64,000 nt of DNA from Candidatus Pyrohabitans jungbluthii (GTDB lineage: Archaea > Hydrothermarchaeota > Hydrothermarchaeia > Hydrothermarchaeales > BMS3B): assembly GCA_002010065.2 (NCBI GenBank), contig MTMD02000008.1, positions 1 through 64,000 on the forward strand, in the 5' to 3' direction. The notes beneath the pieces are model-generated. The model was given only the letters and a program-made list of their open reading frames with translations, ran no database searches and had not been told where the DNA came from. The first letter of the stretch is position 1. Each line of letters begins with the position of its first letter. The translations under genes and the position numbers were made by a program. Of the stretch, positions 49,427 through 58,900 are shown piece after piece.

Positions 49427-52400
49427 GTGACCATGGGAAAAAGGATTTCCAAGGTGAATCTGGCCTATATCACAACATTTATTTTATTTTGCGCATTTTT
49501 TACCGGCCTACCTTATTCTAATGCCCAGCCTCTCCCTTCAGAGCACAAAATCACAAAAAACCTTGCTGAAAAGGTCAATTCCGTTCCTCCTCAAGAAAAG
49601 GTCAGGGTCATTATAATCCTCAAAAAACCAGCGGGGCAGTTCCAAGCTCAAGCCGCTAGGAGTTTGGCAAAAAAGGATATACTGGAGAAGGGAGGGGAGG
49701 TCATAAGGGATTTTTCAATCTTTGAGGGCATGGCCGCAGAGATTCCGGCTTCTAGGGTAGAGGCACTGGCGAATAATCCCAATGTGGAATTAATTGTGGA
49801 GGATAGGCAAGTCAAAGCCTTCCTGACAGAAAGTGTCCCATTAATTAATGCGGATGATGTTTGGAACAAAATTCTGTCCGGGACCAATATAACAGGAAGA
49901 GGTCAGACGGTCTGCGTCATTGACACAGGTGTGGATTATACTCACCCTGATTTGGGGGGAGGCATGGGCATAGGCTTCAAAGTTCTGGGGGGATACGACT
50001 TCGTAAACAACGATAATGACCCGATTGACGATAATGGACACGGCACCCATGTGGCAGGGACTATTGCTGCAAATGGTAATTTAAAAGGAGTGGCACCTGA
50101 TGCGAACATAATTGCTATAAAGGTCTTGAATGCCTCAGGGTTTGGCTCTACGATAGATGTTCTGGCCGGAATAGATTGGTGCGTAAGCAATGCGAGCATT
50201 TATAATATAACAGTAATCAGCATGAGCCTTGGTGGCGACCTTTACACTTCATACTGCGATGATGAACTACTGGAGATCCCGTTCAGGGATGCCATTAACG
50301 CAGCGGTGGCAAGAAACATCACCGTTGTTATTGCCACAGGGAATGATGCCAATTATACTGCCATTTCCTCCCCCGCCTGTATCAAGAACGCCACAAGGGT
50401 GGGGGCTACTTATGATAGTAATATCGGTAGTCTAATAACTTGGGGTGACCCACCTATATGTACTGATACCACAACCTCTACCGATAAAATCACCTGCTTC
50501 ACCAATCGGGGGGCTAACTTTCCAGATATCCTTTTGGCACCGGGTGCTCTAACGAATTCAACTTATCTATCTAATGGATACGAAGAATTAGGCGGCACCT
50601 CAATGGCCACACCCCATGTCTCAGGTCTTATTGCACTTCTAAATCAGGAGTACAGGGCAATTTATGGCACAAATCCAACGCCAGATTATCTCTTCCATGT
50701 ACTGAACTCCACGGGAGTGCCAATCTACGACAATGCAACTGGAATGACATATTACAGAGTGGATGCCCTCACCGCCTACAACGCGATTGATCAGGTGCCG
50801 CCTGCAATAACCTTTGTTTTCCCAACTCCAGAAAACGCCACCCTTTGGGGCAAAACCTGGATTTATATCAATGTCACATTTTCTGAAAATGTGGACACAG
50901 CCATACTAGATTGGAACGGTACAAACTATACAATGCAAATGCTTGGAAGCACGGTTGCTTATTACAACGTCACAAACCTTTCCGAAGGTGATTACATCTA
51001 CATGGTATATGCAAACGACACCTCTGGTAATATGAATGTTTCTGAGACGAGGGTAATTACAGTTGACTTAACTCCACCTACAATAACCTTCGTAGCTCCT
51101 ACACCTGCCAACACCACCTCTGTGAACGTAAGCTATGTCTTTGTGAATATAACAGCATCTGAAATATTAAATCGCTCAATCCTTGAGTGGAACGGCACAA
51201 ATGAGACGATGCAGGGCTCAGGGTTAAACTGGTATCTGAATAAAACATACCTGCTCAACGGGAATTACACCTTCAGAGTGCATACTCAGGATTTAGCCGG
51301 GAACTGGAACTCCAGTGAAATAAGGGTGGTTGGGGTAGACGCCCCCCTTTTAATAAGCATAGAGTCGCCACTCAACAGAAGCTATCCCTCGCAGAATGTG
51401 CATTTCAACATAACTGCCAATAAACCTCTGGGAAGTGCTCTGGTTTCTATAGACGGCGGAGGCAATCACACACTAACCAACGACTCTATAATCCACTGGT
51501 ATAACACTTCGATATTTATAGCCGAAGGTCCGCATAACGCAACATTTTACGTTCAGGACCTCACGGGCGATGTCAACTCCTCAACTGTTTACTTCACAGT
51601 GGATGTAACCCCGCCAAATGTAAGCTTCATTGACCCCACACCGCCGCCTTATTACAACTCTTCCACACACAACATAACCATAAATGTCAGCCACGCGGAG
51701 CTTTATCCTGATACACTGATACTGAGCTGGAACGGTACCAACATCTCACAGGCATACAGCGGCAGCTACACCAACATCACCTTTGACAATCTCACGGACG
51801 GACGCTACTTCTACTACGTTTGGGTGAACGACACCGCAGGCAACTGGAACAGCACCGAGGTAAGGGTTGTTACCATAGACACCTCTCCTCCCGAGATAAT
51901 CAACATCACACCCGCCATCGGCTCCGGCGTTAAGGGCGTGGTAACAATAAGCGTGGTCGCTCGTGACGCTGGCGTAGGCGTCGCCTCTGTTGTTGCGGAA
52001 GTGTCGAACGCCACCTACTCGGAGGTGCTAACACTAATCAACAACGGCTCTGACGTGTGGTACAACGATACCTGGAACACCTCCGCATTGGCTGAGGGCG
52101 AGTACAACATAACCATCAATGCAACCGACTTACTTGGACAGAGCAACGCCAGTGAGTACGTCACGGTAATCGTGGACAGGACGCCTCCGGCATCGCTTGT
52201 GCTTTCCCCAATACCCAACAAGAACATCTCCACTACTGTGTACACCATCAACGGCACAGCGATAGACAATGAAAGCGGCGTGGCACGAGTATGGGTAAGC
52301 GTGGACGGCGGCTCAACCTGGGCGCTGGCAAATGGCACCCTAAACTGGAGCTACGAATGGAATATTCTGAGCGACGGCGGGTACAACATCACCAGCAAGG

Positions 52401-53557
52401 CAGAAGACAAAGCGGGTAACAACCAGACAACGCTTCAGTATGTGCCCGTCACTGTGGACGCAACACCACCCTCAATAACCCTCCTCCCTCCAACCCCTGG
52501 TGATGGTGACACGCTGAGCGCCGGCACAACCAGCGTCACCATAAACATCTCCATCAACGAAGCGCATCCTGCAACGTTAATATTAAGCTGGAATAACGTT
52601 AATCAGAGCTTCAACTACTCTTCCGGCTATGTGAGCATAACTAAAAGCGTTTCCAGCGGAAACAGCTACACCTTCTATGTCTGGGCAAACGACACCTTTG
52701 GCAATGCCAACGCCACGCCAAAGATAACCTTCTCCGTTGCCTCAAGCGGTGATAGCGGCGGCGGAGGTGGCGGGGGCAGAGGCGCAAGAGCGTGCAATGT
52801 TGCTGAGATTGAAAAGGTGTTCAAAGGTGAGAGTGCAACTGCAACCTTCGATGAGGAGTGTGTACCTGACATAAAGAACATAACCATCTTTGCTTCGCAG
52901 ACTCACTACTATACCACCATATACGTGGAGAGCTACAAGACAAAACCCGCGTGGGTGGTCTTTCCCGAGCCGTCGCAGGCGGTGTACAGGTACTTCAAGA
53001 TAAGGTATGAAAAGCCCAACACCTACATCACAAAGGCTGAGATAGTGTTTAAGGTGGGCAAAGCCTGGCTCATGGAGAAGGACATAAATCCCAATACCGT
53101 AGCGATGCTCAGATATGATAAGCGCTGGGAGGAGCTTGAGACGCAGCTTGTTGGCGAGGAGGAGGGTTACCTCCTGTACAGAGCCATTACACCTGGGTTT
53201 TCCTACTTCGCCGTGGTTGGAGAGGAAGGCTCGGGATTCAGCATCGAAGAAGAGGAGAAAGGGCAGAAGGAAGAGGAAGTTAAAGATGTTGAGGAGTTTG
53301 AGGAGTTAGCGCAGATTATGAGCCTCCTAGCAAAGAATGAGACGGTGGAAAAAACTGTAGAGAAAGGCAAATCGGAGGAGGCGCCTGAGAAAACGGAAGC
53401 AAATGTTACCGAAGAGGCAAAGCGGGTGGAAGAGAATGTTTCTGAGGCTGAGGAGACGGCAGAGGAAGAAAAAGGCATCTGCGGTCCCACGTCAGCGCTC
53501 CTTATAGCCCTGCTCTCCGCATTGGCAATAAAAGGGCTTACTCGCCCCTACCGTTGA
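49427..53557 (+). CDS. Cell-surface S8 subtilase with Ig-like repeats, PGF-pre-PGF domain and CGP-CTERM-like anchor
   Basis: VIDTG, HGTHVAG, GTSMATP triad; D.TPP repeats; TPGFSYFAV; GICGP plus TM tail. Confidence 0.92.
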   Translation: MTMGKRISKVNLAYITTFILFCAFFTGLPYSNAQPLPSEHKITKNLAEKVNSVPPQEKVRVIIILKKPAGQFQAQAARSLAKKDILEKGGEVIRDFSIFEGMAAEIPASRVEALANNPNVELIVEDRQVKAFLTESVPLINADDVWNKILSGTNITGRGQTVCVIDTGVDYTHPDLGGGMGIGFKVLGGYDFVNNDNDPIDDNGHGTHVAGTIAANGNLKGVAPDANIIAIKVLNASGFGSTIDVLAGIDWCVSNASIYNITVISMSLGGDLYTSYCDDELLEIPFRDAINAAVARNITVVIATGNDANYTAISSPACIKNATRVGATYDSNIGSLITWGDPPICTDTTTSTDKITCFTNRGANFPDILLAPGALTNSTYLSNGYEELGGTSMATPHVSGLIALLNQEYRAIYGTNPTPDYLFHVLNSTGVPIYDNATGMTYYRVDALTAYNAIDQVPPAITFVFPTPENATLWGKTWIYINVTFSENVDTAILDWNGTNYTMQMLGSTVAYYNVTNLSEGDYIYMVYANDTSGNMNVSETRVITVDLTPPTITFVAPTPANTTSVNVSYVFVNITASEILNRSILEWNGTNETMQGSGLNWYLNKTYLLNGNYTFRVHTQDLAGNWNSSEIRVVGVDAPLLISIESPLNRSYPSQNVHFNITANKPLGSALVSIDGGGNHTLTNDSIIHWYNTSIFIAEGPHNATFYVQDLTGDVNSSTVYFTVDVTPPNVSFIDPTPPPYYNSSTHNITINVSHAELYPDTLILSWNGTNISQAYSGSYTNITFDNLTDGRYFYYVWVNDTAGNWNSTEVRVVTIDTSPPEIINITPAIGSGVKGVVTISVVARDAGVGVASVVAEVSNATYSEVLTLINNGSDVWYNDTWNTSALAEGEYNITINATDLLGQSNASEYVTVIVDRTPPASLVLSPIPNKNISTTVYTINGTAIDNESGVARVWVSVDGGSTWALANGTLNWSYEWNILSDGGYNITSKAEDKAGNNQTTLQYVPVTVDATPPSITLLPPTPGDGDTLSAGTTSVTINISINEAHPATLILSWNNVNQSFNYSSGYVSITKSVSSGNSYTFYVWANDTFGNANATPKITFSVASSGDSGGGGGGGRGARACNVAEIEKVFKGESATATFDEECVPDIKNITIFASQTHYYTTIYVESYKTKPAWVVFPEPSQAVYRYFKIRYEKPNTYITKAEIVFKVGKAWLMEKDINPNTVAMLRYDKRWEELETQLVGEEEGYLLYRAITPGFSYFAVVGEEGSGFSIEEEEKGQKEEEVKDVEEFEELAQIMSLLAKNETVEKTVEKGKSEEAPEKTEANVTEEAKRVEENVSEAEETAEEEKGICGPTSALLIALLSALAIKGLTRPYR

Positions 53558-54689
53558 GAACTGAGCGTATCTTGTCGGTGCTGGAGCTTCTCAGTCTTTT
53601 CAGTATTACCCTTACGCCTCCATCCCTGTGCTGCATCTCCTCCACAATCACGCTCACACCCTGCCTTCGCAGGTAGGCGAGGAACTCCTCCAGCTCAGCT
53701 TCACTTGCAAAGTCAAGCTCATAGTCTTCGGTCAGAATCTCTCCCTGTCTAACTTTTTTGATGCTTTCCACCATTGGTAAGAGGATACTCTTCCCCAGCC
53801 TGAGTGCACGCTTCTCAAGCTCAGCCTCGCTTTCGTCCCACTCCACCGCCTGAAAACCCTCACGGATAATTCGCGAGAAGAAAAACTCCCTGCCGTACTC
53901 ATAGGGGAAGCGGAAGGCATAGGCGAGGTCACTGGCATTCGTCTGCGAAGAGGTGTACTTTATTGGCGGGAGCTTCATCTCAGGATCTTTAATAACCACG
54001 CCCTCTCTGCCCTCGGCGGCGAGTTCTTGCACAATCCTGAAGATCTCCCTTGTTGCATCGCCCTTATCAAAGATTCCGAAAAGCCTCACGTGTCTTAGCT
54101 CGTACTCCTCAACCAGGGCGTTCCTCTCCAGCACCGGCATGCTCTCATTGCTCTCCCTCTCGCGGAGGTCGAAGATAAAAAAGCCGAAGTCCCCTGCCTC
54201 AGGGTAGTGGTGCACCACATATGGGTTCTTCTCCCCCACAGCCTCACCGCACAGCATAAGCGAAGGATGCTCTTTAAGGAAGCGCTCAGTATTCCTGCTC
54301 TCCCTGAGCTTAGCCGTGGTATAGGGGCACACATAGCCGCCACGCGTTAGGGCAAGGAGCCTGCCCTCCACGAGGGCAACGCGCACATTGTAGCCGTTCA
54401 TTTTCTCCTCCACCGCAACGCGAGAGGAGAAGTGCTTCTTCAGCAGGGGCTCGAGGTAGAAGGCACGCTTAATCTTGGGAAACCCGCGGACAACGCTTAG
54501 CTCCTCGCCTAAGAATACGGCGGTGCCCCGCTCTATTCCAGAGACATCCTTCTTAAAAACAAGATAGCTGGGCTGGAAGTTTTTAACCAGCTGGATTGAC
54601 TGCCTCTCCAGCGCACCCTTCAGACGCCACTCCGCAACGCCCAGCTTCTCGGCTACTTCTGCAAGCCTCATTATGCCTACTTCACGCAA
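53538..54689 (-). CDS. rnl: ATP-dependent RNA ligase (Rnl3/Pab1020 family)
   Basis: RGFPKI.R, EEKMNGYNVR, TRGG..CPYT, REGVVIK, KYT. Confidence 0.92.
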   Translation of the reverse strand: MREVGIMRLAEVAEKLGVAEWRLKGALERQSIQLVKNFQPSYLVFKKDVSGIERGTAVFLGEELSVVRGFPKIKRAFYLEPLLKKHFSSRVAVEEKMNGYNVRVALVEGRLLALTRGGYVCPYTTAKLRESRNTERFLKEHPSLMLCGEAVGEKNPYVVHHYPEAGDFGFFIFDLRERESNESMPVLERNALVEEYELRHVRLFGIFDKGDATREIFRIVQELAAEGREGVVIKDPEMKLPPIKYTSSQTNASDLAYAFRFPYEYGREFFFSRIIREGFQAVEWDESEAELEKRALRLGKSILLPMVESIKKVRQGEILTEDYELDFASEAELEEFLAYLRRQGVSVIVEEMQHRDGGVRVILKRLRSSSTDKIRSVLNGRGE

Positions 54690-55470
54690 GAAGCTTCACC
54701 AAGTCGGTTTTTGTAACTATGCCCGCCAGGTTGTCGCTAGCATCAACTATGGGTATACCAGAAAAGCCTCGTTCCAGCATCAAGCGAGCGGCTTCGCCAA
54801 CGGTCGAATCGTTGCTCAGCGTCACCACCGTCTGAGTCATGACATCCTCAACAATAAGGTTGCGCACCCTATTAGCCTGCTTGTTATCAGCGGCGCTCTT
54901 GAATGCTCCCAGGGCTCTGCCAAGCTGCCTTTCGGTGAGAATACCCACGATTCTCCCCTCTTCCACCACCACTAAGCGAGAGATGCCGTTGTCCAGCATT
55001 AATCTGCGAGCGTGTATCGCCCTATCCTCTGGGGAGACGGTGATCACCTGCTTGGTCATTACCTTCTCAACTCCCTCCTCGCTATCCTGCAGAGGCTTGA
55101 GCAGGTCGGTCGTCGTTACAATGCCCACAAGCTTGTCGTCATTAACCACGGGCAGGCTCTTTATCTTATGCTCAAGCATTAAGCGAGCAGCCTCACTCAC
55201 ATCGGCGTCTTTTCCAATGGTTATCACTCCTTTACTCATGGCCGTTGAGACGTGCAGGCTGCTGGGCAACTTGTTAGCATACCTGGAAGAGCCCATAACC
55301 TCGAGTATATCGTTGTCGGTAATCATCCCCACTATCTCGCCCTCATTTACAACCACAAGTCTCGAAATCCTGTGCTTCTCCATTAGCTCAAGCGCATCTG
55401 AGAGCTTCCTGTCCTTATCTATCGTCACAACCTCCTGCGTCATAAGCTCCTCTATTTTCATCCTCTTCAC
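54682..55470 (-). CDS. CBS-domain protein (4 CBS)
   Basis: Four repeats of M......I..LPVV....LVGIVT..D. Confidence 0.9.
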   Translation of the reverse strand: MKRMKIEELMTQEVVTIDKDRKLSDALELMEKHRISRLVVVNEGEIVGMITDNDILEVMGSSRYANKLPSSLHVSTAMSKGVITIGKDADVSEAARLMLEHKIKSLPVVNDDKLVGIVTTTDLLKPLQDSEEGVEKVMTKQVITVSPEDRAIHARRLMLDNGISRLVVVEEGRIVGILTERQLGRALGAFKSAADNKQANRVRNLIVEDVMTQTVVTLSNDSTVGEAARLMLERGFSGIPIVDASDNLAGIVTKTDLVKLLA

Positions 55471-56321
55471 CTCTCAACCATTGCCTTTAGGATATCACGC
55501 TTGGTTACAATCCCCTGAAGCTCAAAGGCATCGTTAACCACGGGCAGAGAGGAGATGTGGTGATCTAGCATTCGCTGCGCAGCCTTGGCAGAGTCTTCAT
55601 TCTCGTTAGCGGTGATAAGCTCACTGCTCATCACATCACCCGCGGTTACGAAGGGCAGTGTTTTGATGTACCGATACTTCGGGCGACCCCCCTGCTCTGG
55701 CTTCCTCACATATAGTACTCGCTTAGCTTTTATGCCAAGCACTGGATCTTCCAGCTCAAGTAAGCTGAGGTCAGTGGCGGTGACTATACCCACCGGCTCA
55801 GCGCCGTCGGTTATCACCACTCGGCTTATGCCGTTCTCAACCATCAGCTCCACTATGTGCGCAAGCGTGTGGTTCCTGTTTGCTGTTATTACATCTCGCG
55901 TCATTAGCTCGGAGGTTTTGTACATGCCCTCCATATTCTCCACATAGGCGCGGAGAATATCAGTTGTGGTTATTATGCCCACGAGCGAGTCATTCTCAAC
56001 CACGGGTATTGAGGAAATCCCCTTCTCAATCATAAGTTTCGCAGCTTCTTTTACTTCAGCATCAGGCGGGAGGGTTATAAGCCCCTTGGTCATTACGCGG
56101 GAACAGGCTACCTTATCTATCGGTCTGCGCCTCCACGGAGCGCGACCCTCGCCGAGACGGCGTGCCATGTCTTTCTGTGTTACTATTCCTACAGGTTTTC
56201 CCTGCTCCAGGATAACAACACGGGATATGTCGTTTTTAATCATTAAATTTCGAATGCGCTCAAGCGTGGCGTCGCTCTCTGCAGCTATAACAGGGCTCTG
56301 CATGTACTTCTCCAGCTTCAA
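55467..56321 (-). CDS. CBS-domain protein (4 CBS)
   Basis: Four CBS repeats. Confidence 0.9.
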   Translation of the reverse strand: MKLEKYMQSPVIAAESDATLERIRNLMIKNDISRVVILEQGKPVGIVTQKDMARRLGEGRAPWRRRPIDKVACSRVMTKGLITLPPDAEVKEAAKLMIEKGISSIPVVENDSLVGIITTTDILRAYVENMEGMYKTSELMTRDVITANRNHTLAHIVELMVENGISRVVITDGAEPVGIVTATDLSLLELEDPVLGIKAKRVLYVRKPEQGGRPKYRYIKTLPFVTAGDVMSSELITANENEDSAKAAQRMLDHHISSLPVVNDAFELQGIVTKRDILKAMVER

Positions 56322-56334
56322 TTAAGCTCCCTCC

Positions 56335-57270
56335 TTAACTTACCAGTGCCCGCACCAGGTCGCGCTCTGTAATTATACCCAAAAGCCGACTATCTTCAAC
56401 CACGCACACGGTGCCAACGCCGGTATCTTCAATAATCTTGGCAACCTCGCCCAGGTCGGTGCCTTCTTTTACTGTGGGTACGTCTTTGCTCATTATTTCA
56501 GAAACACGGGTCTTGAGCACCTCATCCAGGCGATTCTTCACAATCTTTTCAAAAATGTGGTTTCTGCCTATGAACTCTATTATCATTCGCGTGGTGAGAA
56601 GTCCCTCAAGGAAGCCCTGACTCGTTACCGGAAGGCGTCTGAAGCTGTTCCTCACCATTATCTTTGTAGCATCTCCCAGAGTGGTGCCAGGCGTTGTTGT
56701 TATCACATTGCGACTCATGTACTCTTCCACGCGCTTGCCTGTCTTCTTGTCTGCGATAAGATAAACGAAATCGCGCTCTGTGACTATTCCTGCGACGCGG
56801 TTTTCATCATCCACCACCACAACGCCGCCTATCCTGGACTTGAGGATCTCCTCCAGGGCGTCGTCGATGCTTGCGCTTGTGGGAAGCGTCACCACATCGT
56901 TTACCATAATTTCATGGATTGATTCATTTATGGCGGCGAGGAAATTCCCCCCATACTTCTCGCTTATCAAGCGGGTCTTTTCATTCCCGCCCAGCAGGTC
57001 AATTATGTCGCTTGAGCCAATAATTCCCAAAAGCTTCTTGGTTCCGGGGTCAGCGACAGGCAACCTGCGAAAGCGGTACTTGGTCATGGTTTCGGCAGCG
57101 CCCTTTATGGTCATGGTAGGCGGGACAGTGACAACATCTTTGGTGGCGATGCTCATTATGCTACCAGATTTCTTGGAGATGTGGCTTTTGAAGTCCAGCG
57201 AACCCCTGTCGCGTGCCTGACTTATGGTGTACTTTTCCTTTCTCTTCATGTCCACATGCTCTTCCTGCAT
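56335..57270 (-). CDS. CBS-domain protein (4 CBS)
   Basis: FRRLPV twice, GIVTERD; AGGAGGT SD before ATG 57270. Confidence 0.9.
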   Translation of the reverse strand: MQEEHVDMKRKEKYTISQARDRGSLDFKSHISKKSGSIMSIATKDVVTVPPTMTIKGAAETMTKYRFRRLPVADPGTKKLLGIIGSSDIIDLLGGNEKTRLISEKYGGNFLAAINESIHEIMVNDVVTLPTSASIDDALEEILKSRIGGVVVVDDENRVAGIVTERDFVYLIADKKTGKRVEEYMSRNVITTTPGTTLGDATKIMVRNSFRRLPVTSQGFLEGLLTTRMIIEFIGRNHIFEKIVKNRLDEVLKTRVSEIMSKDVPTVKEGTDLGEVAKIIEDTGVGTVCVVEDSRLLGIITERDLVRALVS

Positions 57271-57537
57271 TTCATACCTCCTGGTGATGATCATGTAAGT
57301 GTTAAAAAAGTGGTTTCCAACCTCCCATGGCAAGTAACTTCACATAGGTATATCTAAAGACCCCAGCCATTGTTTTATATTTTTTGTTACATGGTTAATA
57401 AACCTTTGGAGCATCTTGCATAGATAACAGGCTATACCCCTGTAAGATATGAAAATGTCCTTATTGTTAAGATGAAGTTATTCAGACATAAACGATTTTA
57501 AAAAGCCTGCGTAGGTTATGCTTCCCCTTTTTATATA

Positions 57538-57778
57538 CCGCCGATCCGAAGACCGGTTTGAGCTAGCATAAGCCTGCGGTGAGAGCCGGGGCAAGTCGGC
57601 GGGAACACAGCGCGTATGGGCCCCTCCCCGAGAGTGCCTCGAGATGCAGGCGATGAGGGCGAGGACAACCACGCGCTGGAAAAGGGCTCGTCAGAAAATC
57701 CCTTTCTCTGTAGAGGGTCCCCGGGTGAGCTCAGGCGCTAGCCAGCGATGAGCTCCGGGAGTTAGAGAGCAGGGGACA
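57538..57778 (+). ncRNA. Three-hairpin box H/ACA pseudouridylation-guide sRNA
   Basis: Three hairpins, each with lower stem, pocket, upper stem and GA/NNNGA K-turn, ending in ACA (57605), AAA (57680) and ACA (57776); G-U pairs favour the + strand. Confidence 0.8.
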
Positions 57779-57861
57779 TGACGGGCCTGAAAGAGCAATA
57801 CGCTGATTCTGTGGTCTTACGGTTTGGGGGTGAAATCTGGGAAAATTTTATATAGCCCTTT

Positions 57862-57889
57862 TTAGGCCTACCTAATTAGGTAAACCTAA
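57862..57889. promoter_or_regulatory. Tandem DtxR/IdeR-like operator
   Basis: TTAGG-N4-CCTAA twice back to back, between a TTTATATA box and the FTR1 start. Confidence 0.75.
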
Positions 57890-57902
57890 GAGAGTGAAAT
57901 AG

Positions 57903-58763
57903 ATGATTGCGAGCTTTGTAATAACCTTCAGAGAAGCGCTTGAGGCCGCGCTGATAATTGGGATAGTTGCCGCCTATCTCAGAAAGGTAGGAAGAAAAGA
58001 TATGGAAAGGTATCTCTTCATAGGCGTGGCCGGAGCAATTCTGGCGAGCGTCCTAGCGGGAGCTCTTTTCCTTCTGATTTACGGTGGCCTGGAAGGCAGG
58101 GCAGAGGAGATCTTCGAGGGCGTAGCCAGCCTGAGCGCAGCGGCTGTGCTCACCTACATGATATTCTTCTTTGCGAAGCATGCTAAAGGGATAAAGGGTG
58201 AGCTTCAAAACAAGGTCGACGCCTCGCTGGGCAGAGGTTCTGCATGGGGAATAGCTGCGCTGGCATTCCTGGCGGTGTTCAGAGAGGGCGTTGAGACGGT
58301 GCTCTTCCTGGGAGCAATCGCTGTAAAGGAGCCCTTAAGCACACTGGTTGGCTTAATAGCAGGTATCGTCGCAGTGACTGCACTCAGCATTGCAATGTTC
58401 GCTGGAATATACCGCCTCGACTATGCAAAGTTCTTCAAATATACGAGTGTCATCCTTGTGATCTTCGCCGCTGGCCTTGTTGCCTATAGTGTACATGAGC
58501 TGAATGAAGCAGGTATAATCCCGCCAGTAATTGAGCACGTATGGGACATCAACCCGCCGCCTAACGAGGACGGCACCTATCCAGCGCTGCACGAGAAGGG
58601 GATCATCGGCAGCATGCTCAAGTCGCTTATCGGCTACAACGGCAACCCCTCGCTCACAGAGGTGCTTGCATACCTCGGTTACTGGCTTACTGTGGGCTAC
58701 TTCCTGACAAGAAACTTCAGAGACACAAAGCAGGCGGCAGGCGCAAAAGCAGAGACACTTTAG
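57903..58763 (+). CDS. FTR1/EfeU iron permease
   Basis: Two RExxE motifs (REALE, REGVE), multi-TM. Confidence 0.92.
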   Translation: MIASFVITFREALEAALIIGIVAAYLRKVGRKDMERYLFIGVAGAILASVLAGALFLLIYGGLEGRAEEIFEGVASLSAAAVLTYMIFFFAKHAKGIKGELQNKVDASLGRGSAWGIAALAFLAVFREGVETVLFLGAIAVKEPLSTLVGLIAGIVAVTALSIAMFAGIYRLDYAKFFKYTSVILVIFAAGLVAYSVHELNEAGIIPPVIEHVWDINPPPNEDGTYPALHEKGIIGSMLKSLIGYNGNPSLTEVLAYLGYWLTVGYFLTRNFRDTKQAAGAKAETL

Positions 58764-58900
58764 TGAGAGTTCACCTCTTTTCATTTCCTTTTTTAGCACC
58801 AATTCTCAATATTTGAGACTTTGTATGAGAAAAAAATGTTATATATGCACCACCCAGATTTCTTAAATAGGCCCCATAATTCCCCGAGAGGTAGATAAAG

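Noticed and set aside
57478-57672. 64-aa minus-strand ORF
   Set aside because: Antisense to the structured RNA, with no protein-like features
57540-57830. RNase P, SRP RNA, cobalamin riboswitch or group I intron
   Set aside because: Lacks GAGGAAAGUCC with bulged-U P4, the SRP helix-8 GGAA/AGCAG motif and B12-box elements; the H/ACA model explains stems, K-turns and pockets better
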